DNA of 60,755 nucleotides, filler included, from Sanchytrium tribonematis (taxonomy: Eukaryota), in NCBI GenBank assembly GCA_018985235.1. It is 5 parts of 5 records of this genome, joined end to end, with 100 filler letters (N's around TTAATTAATTAA, not from the genome) between each part and the next. Parts side by side here need not be neighbours in the genome. Positions count along the whole stretch, not along the records: positions 1 to 12,188 come from JADGIG010000228.1; 4 more parts are not named here. One strand, written 5' to 3'. Made by a program: the position numbers and the translations under genes. Under the pieces are notes generated by a model. That model was not told the DNA's origin and searched no databases. It worked only from the letters and a program-made list of their open reading frames with translations. The first letter of the stretch is position 1. Every line of letters starts with the position of its first letter. Of this stretch, positions 1 to 12,288 are shown piece by piece.

Positions 1-31
1 AATATGTAGATAGTCGTCATTTAAAGCCGGT

Positions 32-610
32 TTAGTTGTTTTCAAATATGTAGATATTTTTTCGACCTAATGAGGATCCTTCGGGGTTTGTAGGACTATT
101 TTGTATTTCAGAATCATGACTGAAATATTGAAGAACAGATTTTCTTCTCGTCACAGGTTTGACCTCAGAAGAAGTTGATGTTGTCGTTGTGGTTAAGGGA
201 ATATTAGTGGTTCCCTGACTTGGTGTGGTGCTTGTCTCTGATATCGTATCCTGTATCGGCCCACTCAATTTTCGAGACTCGGATGCCACACTTCCTCTTT
301 TTTTTTGTAGCCTAACCATATCTGGAGTGGGACAATCGTCGATTGATTTTTTCTCAAAAATATTTCCATTAAATATAATCAAACGTGGTTTATCCGTTAA
401 TACCAACCATCTTTGTCGAAGCAATGGACCTAGCTTTTGCTGTATACTTCCGACTTTAATTATTCTTTCATCTGACAAATACACAGAAAGCATGTATTGT
501 GAAACTTTATCTGTCAAAATTTCTTTTAGTTCTTCTGTGGTATCTGCTGCAGCGAGTGAGCTCTGCATAATTTCCCTATTTAGAACCGATTTTCTTCTGG
601 CAACAGACAT
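32..610 (-). CDS. Hypothetical protein with PDK1-type PH-domain-like segment and S/T-rich region
   Basis: 192-aa ATG ORF; IIKVGSIQQKLG...RQRWLVLTDKPRLII resembles the N-terminal half of PDK1-like PH domains. Confidence 0.5.
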   Translation of the reverse strand: MSVARRKSVLNREIMQSSLAAADTTEELKEILTDKVSQYMLSVYLSDERIIKVGSIQQKLGPLLRQRWLVLTDKPRLIIFNGNIFEKKSIDDCPTPDMVRLQKKRGSVASESRKLSGPIQDTISETSTTPSQGTTNIPLTTTTTSTSSEVKPVTRRKSVLQYFSHDSEIQNSPTNPEGSSLGRKNIYIFENN

Positions 611-658
611 TAATTTTTTTTATTTCGGGAAAGATGGCTTAAAAACACGTACTTCTAA

Positions 659-1972
659 TTAATATTTATTTTGGTTTCTCATAATTGACAATAGATGCTC
701 AGCATTCTTAGTTTTCTTATATTTAGAATCTCCCGTATCAATATGATACTCTGAATCTGTAAAAATCTTACTAAATCTTTCATCGCCAGTGTCAAGCGTA
801 AAATTATCTTCAGTTTCGCCAAGCATTCTTTGAGCTTCCAGTTGATCAATTTTTGAACTATCAAGCAATTTTTTAATTTTCTTCTTCTTCCATTTGCTCA
901 CACCATTTACTTTTGAAGACCTTAAAACATCCCGCATATCAAAATCTCCATTTTCTGGGATTTTATCTTCAGGCTGGTGATTAATTGATTTGATAGACAA
1001 TTCTTCTTCAATAGGCTTAAATTCAATATCTAATTTGAGTTCTGGGGACATCTTAGGGGGAGGCAGGATTTCGGACTCAAAGGCATCATTGACATCCATA
1101 TCGGAACCCGATGCAATCAAATCTTTCGCAGCATCTAAATCTCCATTCGATATTCGCTCTATTAGTTTTTTGCGATCAATTTCGTCGTCCCAAGTCAATT
1201 TAACATTTGAATGTTGCAAAGATTTTGTCTCGAAAGCTAAATTTTCATATTTGATAGGCCGACTTGTGCATTTATCGAAAATATGGCTCAAATCCTCTCC
1301 AAAATTTTCACAATCAGACACATATCTTAGATCAATCAAGTTTCCAGTCAATTCTAATTCTTGACCATCACAAGAATCAAAAACCTTCATAGCGGCATCT
1401 TTTGAACTGAAAGTGGCGATCGCGTAGTAGTATTTCATTCTTTCCAATTGGTATTTACGAAGTTGCACCATATCAAATGGCTCCTCTTCTGTTCCATTTT
1501 CATTAAAAATCGCATTAGGGGGTCCATTTTTTTCTTCTAATTCCATTTGGTTGCGTCCAAATTCAGAAATATATATAAATACGCTTTCTATTTCCTCCTT
1601 GTTGTCTACAAAACTCTGGAACAGAACAAACAAATCTTGTGCCTTGACATTTTCCCAATCAATATTAACTAAGGCAAGTCGAGAAGTAGGATCTCCATAA
1701 GTGATATCTTCTTGAAGTATTTCATCTACCTCCACTGCCTCTATTACACTTTCTATCTCTGAAGTTTCAGATTCAGTTGAATTGGAATCCAAATCATAGT
1801 CGAACTGCTTTTTCATAAATCCTGCTTCTTCATTTTTTCTGATTCCAAACTTGTCTGTCTTTGACATTTCATAGAACGAATTATCAAGAACTTTTTTAAA
1901 TCGCTCATCTAATTGCAATTTAGTTTCATTTGATTTCGGTCTTTGAAACCTTGCGTCTGTATTGAAACGCAT
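659..1972 (-). CDS. ESF1: Pre-rRNA processing protein ESF1 (compact, 437 aa)
   Basis: Motifs DERF, TSRLALVNIDWENVKAQDLFVLFQSF, LRKYQLERMKYYYA, IDLRYV, LTWD, and C-terminal NUC153-like DERFSKIF. Confidence 0.9.
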   Translation of the reverse strand: MRFNTDARFQRPKSNETKLQLDERFKKVLDNSFYEMSKTDKFGIRKNEEAGFMKKQFDYDLDSNSTESETSEIESVIEAVEVDEILQEDITYGDPTSRLALVNIDWENVKAQDLFVLFQSFVDNKEEIESVFIYISEFGRNQMELEEKNGPPNAIFNENGTEEEPFDMVQLRKYQLERMKYYYAIATFSSKDAAMKVFDSCDGQELELTGNLIDLRYVSDCENFGEDLSHIFDKCTSRPIKYENLAFETKSLQHSNVKLTWDDEIDRKKLIERISNGDLDAAKDLIASGSDMDVNDAFESEILPPPKMSPELKLDIEFKPIEEELSIKSINHQPEDKIPENGDFDMRDVLRSSKVNGVSKWKKKKIKKLLDSSKIDQLEAQRMLGETEDNFTLDTGDERFSKIFTDSEYHIDTGDSKYKKTKNAEHLLSIMRNQNKY

Positions 1973-2019
1973 TTTTATTGTATTACCCGTATAACTCCGT
2001 TATATCAGATGAAACCAAT

Positions 2020-3895
2020 TTATTTTATATTTAAGCGATCTGTATATTTAAAAAGGTCCTCAGCAAATCTACGCTCTTCCTTGGAAATGGCTGATTGCAG
2101 TAGCCACAATTGGACCAATTTTTTCCCATGAATATTGCATAGTGCAATCATGTAACGATAAAAGGGGTCTTTATAATTATTACAACCATATACATCAAAA
2201 TAAACTTCAAAGCTATCCAAATTGACACTTGTCATAAATTTCTGGTACAACTTGAATAATTTAGGGATCTGATCTTCCGGTCTATCAACTTTAAATGTGT
2301 TTGGTAAAAATTGATTAGAAAGAATATCCACGACGGATATAATTCCCGTAGGAGAGGTATTGGCTAGCTTCAGGAATGCGAATTCTGCATCTTCGAACTT
2401 CTTCAGTCTTTCAGAAACCAAGCCATAATGATACCACTCGGTCTGTTTAAATTGAGTATTAGGATTAGATTTGAGCTCGTTCTTGAAGCCAAAATACATT
2501 TTTAAATCTTCGTAAAGAAGCTATGTTAAAATAAAATACGATAAATAGATCATCGAGCCATCTTTCACACAATCTTTTGCTGTCTTCAGAATCTATCAAA
2601 TTTTGTTGCTCCATGACAAAAACCAAGTTTCTCAGCTCCAAAAAGCCGTCCCATGATAACTCTTCCACAACATTAACTAAAATTCCATAAGCTAATTTTA
2701 AGAATTTTGGCATAGATTGATATTGCCTTTGTTTTTTAAGATATTTGGAATCTGTGCCATCTGGAATTAATGTAAGTTCCTCTAAAAGATCTATGTTTTC
2801 TCTTATTGGGCAATATCTTGCGGAGGGTTTTAGTGTTCTATAGAATTCAATTTTCGGTTCATCGTCAAAATGAATCATTGGACAGGAATTCAAAACAATT
2901 AAAGCAGAGCCAAATTCTCTGAGTTTAATTAATATGGTTGCATAGTCGAGCCAAACTTTGGCATTTTGTGGCGAAATTTTAATAAGCATTTTTGATACAA
3001 TTTGAAGGCTTTTAAAATCACTTTTTGCCTTGAGATAGTGAAATTCAAAATGCAGCACACTCGATAGGTCTTCATGATTATTTCCATAGTCAAATATTTC
3101 AGCAAGCTCATTAAATGCAAGTTGCTCTTGCTGAGTGTTTATGAGACCCTGTAAGTAAGCAACCTTTATAAATCTATCGTAATACAATTTCGGTAGTCCA
3201 TATTTCGATCCTTCAATCCAATCTAACATTAAATCGTTTCGTCCCAAATCGTTTAAAATTTTTTTTATATAGAATAGCAAAAAATTCCCATCTTCCGAAT
3301 TGACCGCAAATGTAGTACTGGACTCCGAATACACATAATGGGCGCTCTTTAAGAACTTAATTATAGATCGTTCATCAGGAAAAACGTTTTCTCTAAAAAG
3401 AGGGCCCAAGGTGCTACTAACAGGTACATCAAGGGTGTAGGATCTTAAAACAGAAACAACATACAATTCATGCCAAAAAAGTTCGGAAAACTCCTCAATC
3501 TTTACTTCATGTCCTTGTTGATTAACTCCGTAGCTATGAACACCACCAGGTAATGAAACTTGAACTCTAACATCGACAGCACTAAATGGATTAAAAGTGC
3601 TCAATGTTCCCTTAATAACACTTTGATCCTCAAACCATGCCTTAATGTTTTGAGAATTTAAAATTCGTGCAATTGTTGCAGCCATAGACGATACGCTAGA
3701 ATTGTCCAGCCCTACAAGATGAAGAAAACAACTCTGTTTATAGCCATCAGTTTTATCTCCAGCCATTACATCTTTATCGCTATTAATAATATGCATATGA
3801 TCTGGTGGCCCCAGCTGCTTAAAACTGCTAATAAATTGACTACGAACTAACAACGATTCGCCAATACGGCCCTCAAATGCCGCAGCCATTGACAT
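2020..3895 (-). CDS. BCH1: Exomer cargo adaptor, ChAPs family (Bch1/Bud7-like); 2 exons, ~618 aa
   Basis: LGPPD, FNPFS..DVRV...PG, ALIVLNSCPM, RLCERWLDDLF; removing 2521-2539 joins ORFs 2465..3916 and 2020..2499 into WLDDLFI|LLYEDLK, restoring the family motif WLDxLFxxLYEDL. Confidence 0.88.
2521..2539 (-). other. 19-nt spliceosomal intron (gtattttattttaacatag), phase 0
   Basis: GT..AG; excision restores frame and the conserved ChAPs motif. Confidence 0.88.
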
Positions 3896-4045
3896 TTGCA
3901 ATTTTGTATGGAACAAGGGTGTGAATAATTAATAAAATTTAATTTATAAGTCAAGTCTTTTCGAATTGCTATGCTTTTGATGTTCAGTACATCATTGTAC
4001 GCGTAGCTTTTGTTTCACTGAAATAGAGTGGCTTGAAAATTTTGG

Positions 4046-6824
4046 ATGTCCAATTCTGTAGCTCCCCTAGAAATAAAAACATCTCTGCGGGGCTCTAAGC
4101 CTGATTTAGCTGTCGAAAAAGTAGTTCTTAAAGTAATTTTGCCTCGCGGTCAAACTACAGCTGTTGCTGTAAGTAAAGATGCCTCTTTTATGGAAATTTT
4201 GGATCGCGTTTGTCAAAAGAGAAATATATCTATAAATAAGCATGTATTGTTCATCAATATTCCTGAACAATTAAGTGGAGATGATGCAGATGAGGATGAG
4301 GAGCCTCAGATGGAAAGTATTTTGGTAGATCTAGTCCAGAAATTATCTGATTTTACAATTAAGAGTGTCGAACTATGTGAAGATTTACATGCTGAGATGA
4401 TTCAAATTAGACCTGACAACATCAAAGCAGAAGTTGTAGATTTATCCAAGAGTTTAGCATCACCCACAAAACTTATTCAAGAAAGAAGACAGTCTAGGCA
4501 GCAAGTGTCACCAACAATTATAAAACCAGTTCAAATACTCAAAGAAGACAAAGGTGTGATTAAATCGTTTTTCGGAAAATACTCTCCCACATCCACATCC
4601 ACATCTCCGTCCAGTCTCTCTAATAAAAAAAAGAAAGTTCAAAATGAGAAAAGGTCTGACTCAATCACCGAAAAACATAGTGAAGAGAAAGAAGGCTCCA
4701 GCTTTAGCACTCTTGGACGAGGAGGCATATTGGGGACTCTTAAGCGACAGCCAACTTTAGAACGTCGCAAAAATGATACTTCAATCTCGATTTCCAGCAA
4801 TCCAACTGGATTTGATAAGCTAGAACTGCAAGCAAATCAAATTGAAAACACTGATTCTACACACAACTCGATTGCACCGTGGGACGAGCCTGAAAAGCCC
4901 CAGCAGAATCAAATGGAGGATATTGCGCCTTTTGCTTTCCGACCACATACGCAAAGTTCCAGCTCTCAGCATGATCTATCGTTCTCAATAAAATCTAAAT
5001 CAGAGGAAAGCTCATTAATGGAGAAGGCGCATTCATTTAGGACAGTAGAATCCGAAAAGAATGATAGCGAATCACAAATTAACACTCCATTGGATGAAAA
5101 AAATTCCATTCACAGCATTCCACTTTCTGAGGATACTGCACTTAGTCCTGATTCTAAAGCTTCAATAAGGAAAAAAGCCTCAATGTCATCGATGACTTTA
5201 AGGAAACAAACTTTGACTAAAAAATCTAGGAGCGCGATTCAGCAATCTACTGACGTTTTCATTTTCGAAGTCAGCGATAATCAAGGTGTACCTCCAGAAT
5301 TACAAATTCCTGCCAACATGAAAATGGTTCGCATTTGCATCTCATTGTATGACAAAGACACCCAGATTGTTTTAAAATGCTCGCAGGAAACCATTGTGGA
5401 CGACATTTTAAAGCATCTTTGTGAAAAAAGGAATTACGATTACCAGATCCATAGTTTAGAGCCAGAAATTAATGACAATCCCTTGGAATTGGATAGGCCA
5501 ATATCTTATTACACTGAAAAATTTCAAATCTATGATTATGCCCTTATTAAAGGCGATAAAGAGTATACAATTAGATCTTACATGGATGGTGATAAAGAAG
5601 TAGCACTGTATCAAAAGTACAATAATGAAAATTCAATTTTAATGGCAGCGGCTCTCGACCGTATGATTGAAATATTGACTACCTCCGAATGCGATGACGA
5701 TTTTCTAGATACTTTTTTAATGTGTTATCGTAATTTCTTAAAACCTATTGAATTTTTCGACATCTTGCTTTCTAGATTTGATGCTCAACTTCCAGAAAAT
5801 GCCACACCAGAAGACATTGAGTATTATAGAGCAAATATACCAGTTTTACAGTCTCAAATTATGAAAATTTTCGACGTATGGATAGTCAAATATTGGTTTG
5901 ACTTCGCTGTGAATTCCGACTTGAAAAACGATCTAATTGATGTTTTAGATAGTCTCAGTGTGGATGCTGTACTAGGAGACCAAGCTATATCATTAATTGA
6001 GGCAGTCGCGTCTGAAAACGAAAAATTCGAAAATCTTGTCAACATTAGCAAGGCATCTAATAGTAAATCAAAGCAAATAGACAGCATGCTTATTCAATAC
6101 TCTTCAGATGAAGTTGCAGAGCAGCTTTCTCTAGTTAATTCGCAACTATATCAAAGTATTCATCCCATAGAATTTTTGAATTATATTTGGCGCAAAAAAG
6201 GTGAAGAGGAAGAATATCCTACTCCAATGTTAGATAGGTTTATATCAAGGTTTGATAACGAATCGTATTGGGTAGCCACAGAAATATGCGATACCAAAGA
6301 TTTAAAAAAACGGATTCAAATTCTCACCCAAATAATTTTAGTAGCAAAGAAATGCATAGATTTAAATAACTTTTTTAGCGCATTCAGTTTACTGGGCGGA
6401 TTGAGCATGCTTCCTGTTGAAAGACTTAAAAAAACTTGGAAAGGACTTAGTGTTGACACCAAAAAAGCATTTGAGGATGTACAAAAATTTTGCGACCCTT
6501 CAAAAAATATGAAAAGTTACAGAGATAAGTTAGGTATTGCTTTACCCCCAATTGTTCCCTTTTTACGTAATTTTCATTTATTTAGCCATTTATCTAAAAG
6601 ATCTAACTTTTCTTAATGATGGAAATGAAAAACGGATAAGAGGAATGTTAAATTTTGATAAATTTAGAATGATGCGGAGAACCGTTCTTGAAGTGATGGA
6701 GAGCGCCTTAATATGCTATCCCTTTATGCCGAGTCCTCATGTTCAAAATTATCTCAAAAAGCCAAGGATAGAAAAGGATTTTAAAGTTTTAAAGGAACTC
6801 AGCAAAATATTAGAGCCCCAATAA
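4046..6824 (+). CDS. Ras-family GEF (REM + CDC25 domains) with two N-terminal ubiquitin-fold/RBD-like segments; 2 exons, ~919 aa
   Basis: REM (FLDTFLMCYRNF), CDC25 (VAEQLSLV, SYWVATEI, LNNFFS, RLKKTW); removing 6567-6585 gives PPIVPFL|PIYLKDLTFLNDGN, the canonical motif. Confidence 0.9.
6567..6585 (+). other. 19-nt spliceosomal intron (gtaattttcatttatttag), phase 1
   Basis: GT..AG; excision fuses ORFs 4046..6616 and 6537..6824 and restores VPFxxxYLKDLTF. Confidence 0.9.
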
Positions 6825-7045
6825 ATTTTTTTAAAACATGACGAACGACTCATTTTAGGCCAAAAGTATCATGGTTTCCACTACTTCACATTCAACCTCA
6901 AATAATAATTTAGACAGTCAGCAGCAAATGATTCAGCATTTATTGGAAAGATCCATGGGACAAAGGAGACCACAGAATAGATTAAATGTAAACGCAGTAT
7001 TTAAGAGACGAAACGAAGAGAGGGTACTGCGCTAATAAATCGCAT

Positions 7046-10000
7046 TTATTGATATGATCTATATCCCTGTAATCTTTCTAATTCAATGGGAGACATGGCT
7101 CTTTCGCTTCCAGGAACGAACATAGCTGGGCCATTAAATTGTTGATTTTGCTGATGATTGCTTGGTACTGTTGTCACACTTGACATGCCCTGATTATTAT
7201 ATCCACCCCTGAAATAACTTTGAGTGTTGGGAACATCTGATTCCGAATCCAGATGGCCGTCTGTATTAGCGACACCAGCGCTTACCAATTGGTCGCGCAA
7301 CACAACACCTCTTTTCTGCAATTGTTTCCACTCTGCATATCTTTTCATTACTATTTTTGATGAGTCAAATAACCCTTCTTGTTCATCATGACCTCTATCA
7401 ATTCCTGCAATCAATCGAGTTTCACCCCAGCTAAATAAGTATATTATACGTGAAATCATCAAAGTGCCAAAATGCATAACTTGGTAAAACCAAATTCCAA
7501 ATGGGAAGACTCAAAAGATACACTAGCATCCAGCCAACGTAATTCCATCTTTTGGAAGTCATTGCTATTAGTAGAGCGGGTAAACCCAGAATCGCCGCCA
7601 AAAGGATTAATGGGATAACCGCAGGTTCCCAAATAATACTGCTTATGATAAGCCAAAATGTAAATATAATAGCAGCAGGAAGCACAACAGTCCCAACTAG
7701 TTCCATGAAAATCACAAACTGCATGCTTATACAAAATGTACCACACAAATCACTTACCAAGACTAATTCAAGTAAATTGTGCACTGTAGAATTAATCCAA
7801 CGCCTTCTTTGACTTAACAAAACTCTAAATTTATCAGGCACTTCAGTTTTACACAGCGCTTGTGGGATGAACATCATTTTTCTTCGAGGAAAAGTCTTGA
7901 GCATAATAGTGGTTAAAAATCGATCTTCGCCAAGCAGATATAAATTCTTCTTATGTAAGGTGTCTACGACATTCTCGCTGTATTGCTCTACAATTTCAGG
8001 ATTTCCCAAAATCGGTACAAAGAATCCATCTCCTTTTGGAGCTTTGATTCTATATGCGCAAAAACAACCAGGAAGACAAGTGACACCGCCAAATACACTT
8101 TCAAAGGCTTTGGCATTGTGATGAGCCAAATAATACTCAAATACTTGTATCATAGAAACCCAAGAAGACCACTTGTTGGAAATTCTGGTTTCGCCACACA
8201 ATCCAATGATTGCGTCATCTCTGGTAAAAGCGCTGACTAAAATTTTCAGCGAGCTTGCTTCTACACGAGTATCTGCATCAACCATAACACAAGCTTCGAA
8301 CTTGTCAGGATTATTGCGACACAAGTATTGTATTTTTTGAAATAAGTCATATTCCAAAGGTGTCATACGATCATCAAATGTCACTTTTTGCAAAAAATTC
8401 ATCAAAACGATTTGAGAATCTCTTTTACCTCTGTTACCAGGTTTAGAATTAGTTGCTTCTTCTGGTGTCCCTGTCTTAACTACAGTTATCATTGGTACCC
8501 TGTGATTAGCCGAATTATAATAGCCTGCAAATATCTTGGCCATGTTATGTCTTTTGCTACCTTCAGCAATACTCACATAACTGTAAGCCACAGGATCGTT
8601 TGGAAATGCAGGATCTAAATCCATCATTCCAACTGCAATTTCAGGAGTAGACCTTTCATTACCGCTTCCTTTGATGATACCATCACAAATAACTAAGATC
8701 AATTTATGCGTATCACTATAATCAGTACAAGCAAGCGATTCCAAAGTATTACGAAGCCCTTCTTCATCTTCTGAATACGCAGTAACAAGCAGGATTGTGT
8801 GCATAACTTCTTCCTGGTAGAACATTTCGGGGTGTGGCCAGGCTTGAGGAAACTCAGAAGACGCATCACTCATTACAGAATTACGCTTATCTAAGCTGGT
8901 CTGTGAAGGAGAATTCTTCAAGTCAAACGAGCTCATTCTATGTTTGTACTGACTATAAGCTCCAAACATGAGGCTCTGGGACTGTTGCCCTCTCTTTTGG
9001 AATTTTTGCCAATATTCTTCCTCTTGAAATTTTTTGTTCATAAAATATTCTTTTTCACTTTCTGATAATGGCTTTCCTATTCGAGCACTTAAAAACCATG
9101 CATAAAATATAGCTAAAATAAAGCGAATCAAAACAACTCCAATGATAAAAACGAGACTAACATATAATACAATGTTGGTGATTATGCAACCAGCAGTGTC
9201 CGTGTCAATCTGCGCGATTGTAAGCATTGACTCAAAACACTTTCCAATTTGTCTAGAATTATCATCTTTGTTAAGGTAAAATGTAGCGTCTTTCCCAATA
9301 AAGGAAGACTTGAAGTCGATAAAATTAAATCCGTTCAAGTTGCTTAGGTCAATTTTAGTATTTGAAATATTCAAAAGGTCAAATTTAGATGCATCAAGTA
9401 CAAAGTTGTTGTAAATAAAATAATTGCTAGAATCCTGAACTTGATCCCAGGGCATAAACACATTGACTGTTTTTCTCCACGACAAAACCTCTCCAAATGC
9501 GCCACTATCATGACAAGCTTCCTTTACATCCGAAATCTTGGTTGCTTTATTGACATCTGCACCGCCTATTGTGCAGGGAAAGATGGGAGTTGTTACTGCA
9601 TCCGTGCCAAATAACACCGAACAGGAAGAAGGATCCTGGAACATAAATGTCAAATCTCTTTGGGATGAACTGAGTCCAGATAATTCCCTCATATCTATCC
9701 CACCTCTAGGGAGTTTCGAAGATCCTCCAGGATGATTATATTGTGAAAAATCGTATCCTTTACCTCTAATAACTACCTCTGCACCATTTAAAGTATCAAA
9801 CGAGACTCGTAAAGGCGCAACTCCGCACACAGTTTGTTGAAAACCAAAAGTCAAAAAACCGACCAGCAAGGCCAGTAAAATAATAACGAAAACTAAGCTT
9901 ATTTTCTCTCTCCAGGCAATCTGCTGTCCTTTTGTAGGCAATCCGCATTTTCGTAAGCAACATAGAGGAATACAGCAAGTAACGCACAAGGCAAAATTCG

Positions 10001-10229
10001 ACCATATTCTTCTTGTCGCCGATATAGGCTGATCATAAAAATAGGTGCGCTTCATTGTTGTAGGCACTTTTCGCATTGTCTTAATATATTCTCCACTTTC
10101 TTGTTTTCTTTTAATACTTCGTTGGCGAGGAATTTGAGATCTACCTTTAGTTAAAGACCCGTTTAATTTGCTTACGAAACCGGGCTCTTGACTCGAATGC
10201 TCCAACGGTGCAAATTGATCGGAATTCAT
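7046..10229 (-). CDS. CHS3: Chitin synthase, division 2 (class IV/Chs3-like); 2 exons, ~1054 aa
   Basis: AWREK, KPGNRGKRDSQ, VDADT, QVFEY, TCLPGCF, LGEDRFL, SQRRRWINST; removing 7431-7449 gives WHFDDFT|WGETR. Confidence 0.92.
7431..7449 (-). other. 19-nt spliceosomal intron (gtataatatacttatttag), phase 2
   Basis: GT..AG; excision restores the conserved DDF(S/T)WGxTR motif. Confidence 0.92.
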
Positions 10230-10298
10230 TTTTTAAAAGTTTGAGTGCAAATGTTTTAAATTGAAAAACGATATCAAATATTATCCAATCAAATTACT

Positions 10299-11024
10299 TT
10301 ATTCACCATAAAACTTGCTTTTCAAGTCGACGATATTAACACCACGTTGAATTGAAATATCCTGTATAGATCGTTGAAACTTTAGAGCCTGCATCATTGC
10401 CTTCGACACATTCATGACGTTTGTACTTCCATGAACTTTTGATCCAATATCAAGAATTCCTGCACATTGGCAGATAGCATGTAAAACATGATTGCATCTA
10501 AGCCCATAACCAACTGGGACCGTCCTTAATTCTAAAAGTGTTGCCTTAAATCTCGTCGTTGCATCATGATATAATGTTCTATTTTGGAAGAGAGGCACGG
10601 ATACCAAATTATGGTACGCATCTGCCAAAGCCTTGGGAATCGCATCCCTTGGTTGTTTAGCTTTCCCAATACCTAACCCAACTAAGCCATTCTGATTTCC
10701 AATAACTGCTAGGACTCTAAAAGACGATTGTTTTCCACCCTTGGTAACACGCACAACTCTATCGACAGCCAGGACGTGTTTTTCGTAGTTCCATATTTCT
10801 TTCCGAATTAGGCCCTTGTCGCTTTTGTTCTCGTTGATAGGTTTCGGGAGTTCTAAGGTAAGATCTCTTCCGAAATCAACCATTGATCCTGGTGTTGAAA
10901 ACTTAAAATTCGGCAAGAGATTTGGTGGCAAATATTTTCCAAGCTTGAGATTCTGGTAATTAAAATTTATGTCTGTTTTCCATAAGTCATTTGGTGTCCG
11001 GATATTTGGAAGTCTTTTCAACAT
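10299..11024 (-). CDS. MRPS5: Mitochondrial ribosomal protein uS5m
   Basis: RVVRVTKGGK...VLAVIGNQNGLVGLGIGKA; GYGLRC...CAGILD; S5 N and C domains. Confidence 0.88.
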   Translation of the reverse strand: MLKRLPNIRTPNDLWKTDINFNYQNLKLGKYLPPNLLPNFKFSTPGSMVDFGRDLTLELPKPINENKSDKGLIRKEIWNYEKHVLAVDRVVRVTKGGKQSSFRVLAVIGNQNGLVGLGIGKAKQPRDAIPKALADAYHNLVSVPLFQNRTLYHDATTRFKATLLELRTVPVGYGLRCNHVLHAICQCAGILDIGSKVHGSTNVMNVSKAMMQALKFQRSIQDISIQRGVNIVDLKSKFYGE

Positions 11025-11263
11025 TCGAGGGGGTAATTAATTATCAAAATGTTCATAATCTGAGTAGCTTAGTCTCCTAACAAAATTGAACTTATGTCTA
11101 TGGATAATAAATGTTCAATCTTTATACCTAAGTTAAAAATTAAAAAGAAAATCTTACCATTTTGCATTTACAAGATAATGAAAAATATTATACGAATAAG
11201 TTTACTAATAATCTGACTCAAGAATAAATTGTTTCGATTATGAATCTTAGCTCAAGAGGATGA

Positions 11264-12067
11264 TCAGTTTTGAAGTATATCAGAATCCAGAATGTCAAAA
11301 ACATCGTACACGCAAGGCTTCTTACTTTCGAATAACGTTAGTCTAAAATCCTGATTTTGACCAGCGATATAACAATATGATCTTATAGGAGAATCATTAG
11401 AAGAACAGTCTTCAATAACGTTGAATGGCTGAAATATAGTAAGTCCGCTATATGTGCGAAGTTGTTCAACTGAACCAATTTCCGGAATATCCTTTGGAAT
11501 TAATTTGCTTTCTTGAAAGTGTATTGCATATCCTGATTCAATTTTCCAGGTATAATTGCCTGCGTCATAATGAATAATATCTCTAAGAGATTTTTGCACA
11601 AAGACTTTGAAGGATTCGGTGTCAGTGGAATTATACGATCTTCTAGATAAGGAACCAACCACCAAAGGCGTCCGCAAATCTGACGGAACTAAACGAAAAG
11701 CGGAAAAATTTGGGGGAACTAAGTAATTTTCAAATATCGAAAGATAGTTCTTTGTATTAATATTAAATTTCGCTGGATTATATGTAGGGTAAAAAGGCAG
11801 AATCTTGAATCCCGAATGACGCAATACATCATAATGATTCAGTCTAGACCATTTATGAAGCATTTTGATATAATTGCGTCCCTCTAACGCATTAATTTTA
11901 AAATCTGCAGTGATTTCATTTTCTTGAGGATCTAAATTCACATCAAGTGTTTCCTTCAAAGTATAACATGCCAATTTTTGTAACTCGTATGGCAATGGAA
12001 AGTTGGAAACACTTAATCGAGCAATATCGGCATTGACGTGCAACTTCGCGAAAGAGAAACGGAACAT
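11264..12067 (-). CDS. Hypothetical protein (267 aa), possible mitochondrial presequence
   Basis: ATG-initiated long ORF, MFRFSFAKL N-terminus; no family recognised. Confidence 0.55.
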   Translation of the reverse strand: MFRFSFAKLHVNADIARLSVSNFPLPYELQKLACYTLKETLDVNLDPQENEITADFKINALEGRNYIKMLHKWSRLNHYDVLRHSGFKILPFYPTYNPAKFNINTKNYLSIFENYLVPPNFSAFRLVPSDLRTPLVVGSLSRRSYNSTDTESFKVFVQKSLRDIIHYDAGNYTWKIESGYAIHFQESKLIPKDIPEIGSVEQLRTYSGLTIFQPFNVIEDCSSNDSPIRSYCYIAGQNQDFRLTLFESKKPCVYDVFDILDSDILQN

Positions 12068-12085
12068 TTTTTACTCCTTAATAAT

Positions 12086-12188
12086 TTATTTGACTTCCTT
12101 GATTAAACCTTCAAGTGATTCCGTGTAATCTGCAATGGAAGATTGCTCCGCAGTTTTTCTTCCTTTTTTAGTTAACATACAAGCAACC
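12086..12188 (-). CDS. C-terminal end of a gene truncated by the contig edge (possibly NHP2-like)
   Basis: Open frame VACMLTKKGRKTAEQSSIADYTESLEGLIKEVK* ending in TAA; only weak resemblance to the NHP2 C-terminus. Confidence 0.3.
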
Positions 12189-12288
12189 NNNNNNNNNNNN
12201 NNNNNNNNNNNNNNNNNNNNNNNNNNNNNNNNTTAATTAATTAANNNNNNNNNNNNNNNNNNNNNNNNNNNNNNNNNNNNNNNNNNNN
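12189..12288. other. Artificial contig-joining spacer
   Basis: 100 nt: N-run, TTAATTAATTAA (stops in all six frames), N-run. Confidence 0.98.

Noticed and set aside
2465..7477. Programmed frameshifting or pseudogenisation as the explanation for the split genes
   Set aside because: Each junction has 19-20 extra nucleotides bounded by GT..AG with a shared consensus. A simple frameshift would leave 6-7 extra residues inside conserved motifs.
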